Shown piece by piece: positions 28,462-36,190 of a DNA stretch of 40,698 bases; position 1 is the first letter of the stretch, and every line of letters begins with the position of its first letter. The notes under the pieces were generated by a model. The model ran no database searches. It had not been told where the DNA came from and was given only the letters and a program-made list of their open reading frames with translations. Position numbers and translations under genes: made by a program. The stretch is taken from positions 1 to 40,698 of the forward strand of contig CBFGIV010000018.1 in the NCBI GenBank assembly GCA_965648915.1, in the 5' to 3' direction. The stretch is from a candidate division WOR-3 bacterium. Lineage in GTDB: Bacteria > Hydrothermota > Tepidihabitantia > SM23-42 > CAYGYG01.

Positions 28462-29676
28462 ATGATCAATCTGTTTTTAATTTTAGGTTTTCTGGTCCCA
28501 ACCGGTAGTGTAGACTTTTTATTTAACCAGGTTGATTTGAACATAGCCACGCTCAGTCCGCCCACCGGTGTTGAGGTCTTTGATACACCGAATGATGAAG
28601 GCCATTCAATCACCATAACCTGGCAGAAGGTAAGAATCGATTCTGGCTTTCTCGGGACATTTAAGGGATATGAGATCTACCGGGGTGAAGCGCGGGATGG
28701 GGAATTCAAGAATGTCGGCTTTGCCGCACCGGGCAAGAATAGTTTTGTGGATAATAGTGAAGAGATAAAGGACGGCGCGCCCTATTTCTATTTTGTCCGG
28801 GCTCTGACCACTCTTGGTTATAGCGATTCGGAAAAGGCCGGTCCAGCAATTGCCCGTGGCCAGTGGTTTCATTCCCAGCGCTTAAATGTTCTCATCATAA
28901 CCTTACTGGTCTCAATCTTTATCATCTACTATATCCGTCGCGCCCGTATCGGCGAAAAACTATTTGTGCGCCGGATCTCGGGCCTCGATGCGATTGAAGA
29001 TGCGGTTGGACGTTCGACCGAAATGGGTCGACCAATTCTCTTCTCTTTCGGGCTGGGCTATTTAAACGAAGTCTGGACGATTGCTGCCCTTTCCATACTC
29101 CATCGTGTTGCTCAGAAGTGCGCTGAATATTCGACACGCCTGTTAAATCCTCATTATGACCCGATTGTGATGTCTGCTGCCCAGGAGACAATAAAACAGG
29201 CTTACAGTGAAATGGGTCGACCCGATCTTTACGATGAACGGGATGTCCCGTTCCTGACCGCTGACCAGTTTGGCTATGCGGCTGGAGTGGATGGAATTGT
29301 TGTGCGGGAAAAACCCGGTGCTGTCTTCTGGCAGGGCTATTTTTATGCCGAATCGCTGATTTTGGCCGAGACCGGGCATTCGGTCGGAGCGATTCAGATT
29401 GCGGGCACGCCGGCAGTTGATCAGTTGCCGTTCTTCATCGCTGCCTGTGACTATACCTTAATCGGTGAAGAGATGTATGCGGCTTCGTGCTATCTCAAAC
29501 CTGAACCTCAGATGCTCGGCAGTTTAAAAGGAGAAGATTTTGCTAAGGCCTTGATCCTGATATTTCTGCTGGTCGGTGTGATATTTGGAACAATAGGCGC
29601 GGTGCTCAATCAATCAGGAAACCCGGTCCTGAGTCTCTGGTTTGATAAACTGGTAAACTGGTTTAATACTTATTAA
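28462..29676 (+). CDS. Uncharacterised membrane protein: signal peptide, fibronectin type III-like domain, TM, DUF6754-like domain, TM (404 aa)
   Basis: AAGGAGGT RBS before ATG 28462; FN3-like ITITWQ...GYEIYRG...FVD...YFYFVRA; RRISGLDAIEDAVGRSTEMGRP and CDYTLIGEEMYAA. DUF name recalled, not searched. Confidence 0.72.
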   Translation: MINLFLILGFLVPTGSVDFLFNQVDLNIATLSPPTGVEVFDTPNDEGHSITITWQKVRIDSGFLGTFKGYEIYRGEARDGEFKNVGFAAPGKNSFVDNSEEIKDGAPYFYFVRALTTLGYSDSEKAGPAIARGQWFHSQRLNVLIITLLVSIFIIYYIRRARIGEKLFVRRISGLDAIEDAVGRSTEMGRPILFSFGLGYLNEVWTIAALSILHRVAQKCAEYSTRLLNPHYDPIVMSAAQETIKQAYSEMGRPDLYDERDVPFLTADQFGYAAGVDGIVVREKPGAVFWQGYFYAESLILAETGHSVGAIQIAGTPAVDQLPFFIAACDYTLIGEEMYAASCYLKPEPQMLGSLKGEDFAKALILIFLLVGVIFGTIGAVLNQSGNPVLSLWFDKLVNWFNTY

Positions 29677-29739
29677 AAGAACGGTTGAGATGGATTTCGT
29701 AAACTTAATCATTTACCAGAATAGTTATCAGGAGGTTTT

Positions 29740-30372
29740 ATGAAACGAGATGTCCCAATCATCATCACCTTTATTACCGGTCTTATATGTGTGATTGCTT
29801 TTTTTATACCACACGCACCGATGGGAAATCTGCAACAGAGATTTTTAATCTGGTATGCAATTGTCTCTGGTTTTGCTATGTTGTTAGGCCTTGATAGCCT
29901 TATTAAATATAACCTAAAAAAGATTCATCAGCGCAAACCGGGCTGGCCTTATAGTTTCGTCCTCCTCTTCGGACTCTGTCTGATTATGATAACTGGTTTC
30001 CAGTCCTGGATCAGATTCAAGACCCCGTTTGAGTTAAACTCATCTTTTATGTATACCTACATCAATATCATTGTCCCACTCCAGGCAACGATGTTCGCCC
30101 TGCTTGCCTTCTTTATCGCATCGGCTGCATACCGGGCATTTCGCGCCAAGACATTAGAGGCCACCCTCCTCCTGATTGCGGCGGCAATAGTTATGCTCGG
30201 TCGCATTCCGATCGGGAAGATGATTATGAAGGAGATCCCGGTTGTATCGGATTGGATCTTAAATGTTCCGCAACTTGCTGCGAAACGGGGTATCCAGATC
30301 GGTGTCTATCTCGGTGGAATTGCAATGTCCTTACGCATCATTCTGGGCATCGAAAGGACCTATCTCTCATAG
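29740..30372 (+). CDS. Uncharacterised multi-pass membrane protein (about 6 TM)
   Basis: AGGAGG RBS; hydrophobic segments; FALLAFFIASAAYRAFR motif. Confidence 0.8.
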   Translation: MKRDVPIIITFITGLICVIAFFIPHAPMGNLQQRFLIWYAIVSGFAMLLGLDSLIKYNLKKIHQRKPGWPYSFVLLFGLCLIMITGFQSWIRFKTPFELNSSFMYTYINIIVPLQATMFALLAFFIASAAYRAFRAKTLEATLLLIAAAIVMLGRIPIGKMIMKEIPVVSDWILNVPQLAAKRGIQIGVYLGGIAMSLRIILGIERTYLS

Positions 30373-30380
30373 GAGGAATA

Positions 30381-31199
30381 ATGGAGTTCTTTAAGAAACT
30401 GGCAACCATTGATCGACGAATAATTTATTTAACCATCGGCATTGTTGTTGTTATCCCGCTTATTCTGCGGATGAAGTTTCCTATCCGGGTTAGCCGTGAA
30501 GTCCAGATGGCTTACGATACGATTGAGAACCTGCCTGAAGGATCGGTGGTTATGGTTTCGATCGATTACGATGCGACCAGCGCCCCTGAATTGACCCCGA
30601 TGTTTCGATCATTTTTGAGACAGTGTTTTCGGAATAAACTCAAGGTTATCTATACTGGTCACCTGGCGATTGGCTTACCCCTGGCACAATTTGATCTTGA
30701 TATGATAACCAAAGAATGTTCTGCCCGCTATGGTGTTGACTATATAAATTTAGGCTATCGTCCGGGCTATGTCGCCGTGATGCTCGGCATCGGAAGGGAG
30801 ATCCGGGACTTTTTTGCGACCGATTATAAAGGTGTCCCGATCGACAGTTTTCCGATGATGCGGACAGTTCATAACTACAATGATATTGCGCTGATCGTCG
30901 ATTTAGCTCACGGTTTTACACCGGAACAGTGGGCCCAGTATGTTGTTGCCCGGTTTGGCGTAAAGATGTTTGCGGGTGTGACCGGGGTTGTTGCCCCGAG
31001 TCTCTATCCCTATCTTCAGACCGGCCAGATGACAGGAATTATCGGTGGATTACAGGGGGCGGCTGAATATGAGACACTGGTCGGTAAGGCCGAGACTGGA
31101 ACCTTTGGAATGCCCGCCCAATCTTTTGGACATCTCTTAATCCTTCTCTTCATCCTCTTTGGTAATATTGGGTTTTTCTTGCTCAGGAGGAAAAGATGA
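30381..31199 (+). CDS. Uncharacterised membrane protein: TM, soluble alpha/beta domain, TM (272 aa)
   Basis: AGGAGG RBS before ATG 30381; YGVDYINLGY and GGLQGAAEYE motifs. Confidence 0.8.
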   Translation: MEFFKKLATIDRRIIYLTIGIVVVIPLILRMKFPIRVSREVQMAYDTIENLPEGSVVMVSIDYDATSAPELTPMFRSFLRQCFRNKLKVIYTGHLAIGLPLAQFDLDMITKECSARYGVDYINLGYRPGYVAVMLGIGREIRDFFATDYKGVPIDSFPMMRTVHNYNDIALIVDLAHGFTPEQWAQYVVARFGVKMFAGVTGVVAPSLYPYLQTGQMTGIIGGLQGAAEYETLVGKAETGTFGMPAQSFGHLLILLFILFGNIGFFLLRRKR

Positions 31200-31834
31200 A
31201 TCTTATTGGAACCTGGTTGGCCGCAGGTCTAACCCTTGCCCTCTTTTCGTTCCTCTATAAAGACAATCCCATTTATAAATTCGCCGAACACCTCTATGTC
31301 GGAGTATCAGCCGGTTACTGGATTATATACTTCTGGGCATTCGATGTTAAACCTATGTTGATCGATAGTTTTATCCGGCTGAGTGGTGTCGAGAAGTGGA
31401 TTCTGATTATTCCAGCGATCTTTGGTGTGATGATGATTTTGCGCTGGTTCCCCAGAGTCGCCTGGATATCACGCTGGCCAATATCATTTACCGTCGGTAT
31501 GGGTGCAGGATTGGGTATCACCGCAGCAGTTCAGGGCTATATCATCCCCCAGATTCAGGGAACACTCTTGCCGCTGATCGTCTTTGCTAACACACCCGGT
31601 CAGACCATAAGCCAGTCATTGAATAACATCCTCATCTTTATCGGTGTCTTCTGTGTAATCCTCTTCTTCTATTTTTCGGTTGAGCATAAAGGGTTGCTCA
31701 AGGTTGGATCCAAGATCGGGATTGTCTTCCTGATGATCGGGTTTGGGGCTTCGTTCGGGTATACGGTGATGGCGCGTATTTCGCTCCTTATTGGCCGTTT
31801 CTCTTTTCTGCTCGGTGTCTTTGGCTTGAAATAA
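31196..31834 (+). CDS. Uncharacterised multi-pass membrane protein (about 6 TM)
   Basis: ATGA overlap with the upstream gene; SFLYKDNPIYKFAEHLYVG and FGASFGYTVMARIS motifs. Confidence 0.8.
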   Translation: MNLIGTWLAAGLTLALFSFLYKDNPIYKFAEHLYVGVSAGYWIIYFWAFDVKPMLIDSFIRLSGVEKWILIIPAIFGVMMILRWFPRVAWISRWPISFTVGMGAGLGITAAVQGYIIPQIQGTLLPLIVFANTPGQTISQSLNNILIFIGVFCVILFFYFSVEHKGLLKVGSKIGIVFLMIGFGASFGYTVMARISLLIGRFSFLLGVFGLK

Positions 31835-31918
31835 CTGTCCCTGAGCAATCAGAAAGATTTTTTATCAGGATATGGTTGGGGGCTTTTTTCAAGAGATATC
31901 GGTTTTACCACTTTCTTC

Positions 31919-31946
31919 TTGTCTTTTATGAAAGTTTCGTTATAAT
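31919..31946 (+). promoter_or_regulatory. Promoter of the ACT-domain gene
   Basis: TTGTCT-16 nt-TATAAT. Confidence 0.55.
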
Positions 31947-31959
31947 GTTTCGGTGATAT

Positions 31960-32421
31960 ATGGAGAGTGTAGTTGAAGATATCAAGTATAATACCGAGAT
32001 TGCCAAGGTGACATTGAAGTCAGTACCGGATCGACCGGGGATAGCGGGTCTGCTCTTCTCAACGCTGGGCGAACATGGTTTCAATGTTGAATTGATTGCT
32101 CAGTCTTCAGCTGGCCGGAAGAGAACGGATATATCTTTTATTATTGGCCAGAATGATCTTGAATCAGTCCTTAAACTTCTCTCCGCGATAAAGATGCGCT
32201 TTACAACACGCCAGATCATGGTTGATAAAGATGTAGCGATGATCACCATCTATGGACGGAAATTACCCGAGACACCGGGGATTGCGGGCAAACTCTTTTC
32301 TATCTTGGCTAATCAAAAGATAAATATTGATATAATCTCGGCATCGATGACGATTATCAGTTGTGTGATCAAAAAAGATAAAGTTACTCAGGCGATCGAG
32401 GTCTTAAAAAAGGAATTGTGA
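31960..32421 (+). CDS. Stand-alone tandem ACT-domain protein resembling the aspartokinase beta (regulatory) subunit
   Basis: AKVTLKSVPDRPGIAG...NVELIAQ...TDISF and PGIAGKLF...INIDIIS; no kinase domain upstream. Confidence 0.85.
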   Translation: MESVVEDIKYNTEIAKVTLKSVPDRPGIAGLLFSTLGEHGFNVELIAQSSAGRKRTDISFIIGQNDLESVLKLLSAIKMRFTTRQIMVDKDVAMITIYGRKLPETPGIAGKLFSILANQKINIDIISASMTIISCVIKKDKVTQAIEVLKKEL

Positions 32422-32525
32422 CCTATATTTAATGCCTATGATATTTTTTATATTTTCCGCCGGGGGATCCATTCTTTTTCGCCTCCCGACCGCAGATGGG
32501 CGGTGGATTTCTATCTAATCTTTAG

Positions 32526-35159
32526 ATGCAAAGAGTTCTGCCCCTCGCGCTGATACTGGTCATCCATCTCTTTGGCCAGACCGGTGGTGCGGATATTGCA
32601 CCCCGCAATGTGGCGCAGGATTCAACCCCCTATTCGGTTCATTATTCATTTATCGGTCTTGTGCCCGATACAGTCTATTATGTAAAGATCCGGATCAAGG
32701 GGCCAGGCTCAGCATATTATGGTTACACTTATAATCCCCAATCGGGTAACTGGCTATCGCAGATCGCGCCCTGGACAGATCATCCAAGGGTTCGGACCAA
32801 TTCGACCGGCGCGCTGAGCGGATGGGTTACCGGAATGGTGGGTGGTGATACAACATCCGCCATTGACGATACCCTGCAGATTGTTTTAAGGCTCTCCGGT
32901 ACATCGGTCAACATCTATCCGACGGTCAAACCACTGGTCAATATTCTCGATATGCGCACCCAGGGGGGCTGGCTGGCCGGCCATATCTATCAGGATTCAT
33001 TATGTACCACCCCCTATCAGAATATCCTGGTTATTGCCCGGGATAACAGTGGCTTTTGTGTCGGATCTTATGTAACCGAAAACAATTCAATTGCGGAAGG
33101 ATACGATTCATTAGACTTTGGTTATTTCAAACTGGCTGGAATCGGAACCGTTACCCAGATCGAACTGCGCAATCAGGCAAACAGCGTAATAAGGGGTTTT
33201 ACCCGCACCCTGGGCCCCTGGGTTATCGAACCGGGGAGGATTAAGTCGATAGACTCTCTTGGCCCGGACAGTATACCACCTTATGTCGTCCGTTTCTATC
33301 CGGATACAACCGGGCTGGCGATATTTAATACATCAGTAAAGGTCTGGTTTAGTAAACCGATGGACAGTTCGACCATCAATGATACAACATTTCTTGTGCG
33401 GGGAACTCAGTCCCAGAACCATACAGGTTTGATCTTTTATAACCTGCTGGATTTCAGTGCCACATTTACTTCGACAAGAAATTTTGCTTTTGGTGAGACG
33501 GTCTATGTCACCCTCAAGGAATGGATTAGAGATACATCCGGTCTCAGGCTCGATGGCGACCATAATGGAACCCAGGGGCCGGACTTCAGAACCCGGTTTA
33601 AGGTAAGAAGGCTTGAGCCCATTTCTGAAGTCCACCGTGATCTCGATTCAAATTTTATTCCTGACCGGCTTGGTGACACAATTCTGGTGACCGGTGTTGT
33701 TACCTGCCCGGACAGTCTGCTGGGGGACAAATTCTATCTTCAGGATCGATCGGCCGGGGTCTGTGTCTATTATGGCACAAACCGACTCGATGTGGAATTG
33801 GGTGATAGTATCTTTATTGTCGGCACTGTTGACCAGTATAACGGTGAGACAGAACTTTCTCAACTTTCAGACTTGATAGTCGTTGAGTATAATCACCAAA
33901 TACCATTACCTGTAAGGCTCAACTGTCGAACATTCAATCATGAAGATTACGAAGGGAGACTTATTCAAATCTCCGGGGTGAGGACCGATTCGCTCATCCT
34001 TAAGGGCAACCGCAACTACTATCTATACGATACAAGCGGGGTCTGTATAATGAGGGTCCATATCAATACTGAGATCCCGGGAAATATTGCCTGCGCCGAT
34101 ACATTTTCAATAATCGGGATTAAAGGGCAGTATGATTACTCATCCCGGCCCGATAGTTTCTACGAGATCTTTCCGAGATCTGCCGCCGACTTTTCCCGCC
34201 TGACCGAAGTATTAAACCTCTCGATCAATGAAGTCCAGACCCCGGACTCAGAGGGTTATGATTCGAAATATAAGGGGTGTTATGTTCGGATACGGGGAGT
34301 TGTAACCGGTCCGGATACAATCTTTGGGCCAGGCTCTTTAACCTCATTCTTCATCCAGGATTCGACCGGGGGCATAAATATCTATGGAGCAGATGGTGAT
34401 GCCCTTGCGGAAAAGATGGCGGATACACTCGGTGCAGGTTTTGAGATTGTTGGCGTGGTGAGTGAGTATAATGGGCTGACGGAGATTACTCGGGGCTGGA
34501 TGAGATACCTCGGTCCGGGGATGATGCCATCACCGACATTTATCCCTTATAACCAGTTTGTTCAGGAAATAATAGAAGGGAGACTCGTTGAAGTCATTGG
34601 AACGGTATTTGAGGAGCCTAATATCTCTGGTTCGGGCAGGAATTTTGTTGTAAAAAATGGCTACCCGGCAATAACGGTTCGAGTAAACAATACTGTCTAT
34701 ACATCACTCGAAAATGTAAAGGCCGGTAAGGTTTTAAGGATAAGGGGGATTGCTGGTCAGTATGATTCAGAACCGCCCTTTGACATAGGTTATCAGATAA
34801 GTATCAGGTTTGCCGATGATATTGCTGAGACATCAAGTACTGGTTTTTCCCGCGAGCCAGTAATCGAATCGATCGAGCCCAATCCATTTGCTCCGGAAAT
34901 TGGGGAGGTTGCGAGAATAAGGATTAGTTCGCCTCCAAATTTTCGACTCACACTCGATCTTTATAACCTTAACGGTAAAAAGGTCCGCAGTCTACTGAAT
35001 GAAGGGCAGGCAGGCCGACAGGAGGTTTTGTGGGATGGACGGGATGAGGCACGGGGGAGGTGTCCGACCGGTATCTATCTTGTAAATTTGAAAGCAGTTT
35101 CGCCCGAGGGTAAGACCTATTATCGCAGAAGACTTATCGTGCTGGGAACGAGGTTCTGA
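32526..35159 (+). CDS. Secreted protein with Ig-like (Big_5-like) domain, repeated OB-fold-like modules and FlgD-Ig/T9SS-like C-terminal domain
   Basis: Signal peptide; VWFSKPMDSSTIN; repeated GVVT...F(Y/F)(L/I)QD...G...(Q/E)YNG.TE; EPNPFAP...VLWDGRD...GIYLV. Confidence 0.75.
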   Translation: MQRVLPLALILVIHLFGQTGGADIAPRNVAQDSTPYSVHYSFIGLVPDTVYYVKIRIKGPGSAYYGYTYNPQSGNWLSQIAPWTDHPRVRTNSTGALSGWVTGMVGGDTTSAIDDTLQIVLRLSGTSVNIYPTVKPLVNILDMRTQGGWLAGHIYQDSLCTTPYQNILVIARDNSGFCVGSYVTENNSIAEGYDSLDFGYFKLAGIGTVTQIELRNQANSVIRGFTRTLGPWVIEPGRIKSIDSLGPDSIPPYVVRFYPDTTGLAIFNTSVKVWFSKPMDSSTINDTTFLVRGTQSQNHTGLIFYNLLDFSATFTSTRNFAFGETVYVTLKEWIRDTSGLRLDGDHNGTQGPDFRTRFKVRRLEPISEVHRDLDSNFIPDRLGDTILVTGVVTCPDSLLGDKFYLQDRSAGVCVYYGTNRLDVELGDSIFIVGTVDQYNGETELSQLSDLIVVEYNHQIPLPVRLNCRTFNHEDYEGRLIQISGVRTDSLILKGNRNYYLYDTSGVCIMRVHINTEIPGNIACADTFSIIGIKGQYDYSSRPDSFYEIFPRSAADFSRLTEVLNLSINEVQTPDSEGYDSKYKGCYVRIRGVVTGPDTIFGPGSLTSFFIQDSTGGINIYGADGDALAEKMADTLGAGFEIVGVVSEYNGLTEITRGWMRYLGPGMMPSPTFIPYNQFVQEIIEGRLVEVIGTVFEEPNISGSGRNFVVKNGYPAITVRVNNTVYTSLENVKAGKVLRIRGIAGQYDSEPPFDIGYQISIRFADDIAETSSTGFSREPVIESIEPNPFAPEIGEVARIRISSPPNFRLTLDLYNLNGKKVRSLLNEGQAGRQEVLWDGRDEARGRCPTGIYLVNLKAVSPEGKTYYRRRLIVLGTRF

Positions 35160-36079
35160 TGAGCAGAGGTATAAAATTAAAAGGTCGATGCAAATTGGCT
35201 GATAGTCGGCGGTTAAAAAGTGAAGATGTTGCAAATGCTCTGGGCCTGGGTATTTTGATATTGGGAACCTTTTTATGGGGACCGCGGAGAGTCTTTGCCG
35301 CCTTTGAAGATTTTTCATTTGGGGCAAAACCGGGAGGTATGGCTGATGCCTATACCGCAGTTGCCAGTGATATCCATAGTATTCGTTATAATCCTGCGGG
35401 CCTGTCGTTTCTTGCCCATTCTGAGGTTGCAGTCGATTATCGTCTCTTCTGGGGAGGGATTGAGGGGCTGCACAATATTACGGTTGGTAGTGCAATTCCT
35501 TATAAGAAGAGCAGTGGTTTTGGTCTTTCCCTTCAGGAGATAGGTTTCTCCCTGCAACGGGAGCATTCGATAGAGTTCAGCGCATCACACAGATTGACTA
35601 AAGAGTTAAGTTTTGGGCTTGGACTGGTCGGTTACCATATCTATAATTCGAGATTTGGTGATGGTTTTACCTATGGTTTCGATATGGGCTTTATTGGTGT
35701 AGCAGCGAAGAGATGGCTACTTGGTGTTTCATTACACAATTTGAATAGACCGCAAATCAGCACTGCATCTGAAGGTGAAATCGGCTCGGTAATCCGTGCC
35801 GGACTCGGCTATAGACCATTCCCCGGGATCTATTCTGACCTCGATTTTTGTTATGAATATGGAATTTCGGGCAGTCTATCAAGGCCGCTCAAGATTGCAA
35901 TGGGTAGTGAATTTGAAATTTTACCACCTTTGGTTTTGCGGGTCGGAGTCAAGAATGAACCGTTAAAGTTATGTGGTGGATTAGGGGTAAGATTTAAATT
36001 TTTACGCTTCGATTACAGTTCGGTCTTCCAGCCTGAACTACCCCTGCATCATAATTTTGGTCTAAGCGCTCTTTTTTGA
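35159..36079 (+). CDS. PorV/PorP-like outer-membrane beta-barrel protein (start uncertain)
   Basis: GAKPGGMADAYTA...YNPAGL, amphipathic beta strands, terminal Phe; TGATG overlap with the upstream gene. Confidence 0.72.
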   Translation: MSRGIKLKGRCKLADSRRLKSEDVANALGLGILILGTFLWGPRRVFAAFEDFSFGAKPGGMADAYTAVASDIHSIRYNPAGLSFLAHSEVAVDYRLFWGGIEGLHNITVGSAIPYKKSSGFGLSLQEIGFSLQREHSIEFSASHRLTKELSFGLGLVGYHIYNSRFGDGFTYGFDMGFIGVAAKRWLLGVSLHNLNRPQISTASEGEIGSVIRAGLGYRPFPGIYSDLDFCYEYGISGSLSRPLKIAMGSEFEILPPLVLRVGVKNEPLKLCGGLGVRFKFLRFDYSSVFQPELPLHHNFGLSALF

Positions 36080-36156
36080 TCGATATCCTTCCCGGTTTTT
36101 TATTCCGGTTATCTTTTTCGAAACCAATCTATCAATTTGAGCCAAGATAACTTCTC

Positions 36157-36184
36157 TTGACTTTTTAGCATTAAGAGATATACT
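36157..36184 (+). promoter_or_regulatory. Promoter of the HD-GYP gene (probably a leaderless transcript)
   Basis: TTGACT-16 nt-TATACT, then ATG 6 nt downstream with no Shine-Dalgarno. Confidence 0.65.
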
Positions 36185-36190
36185 AATGTG

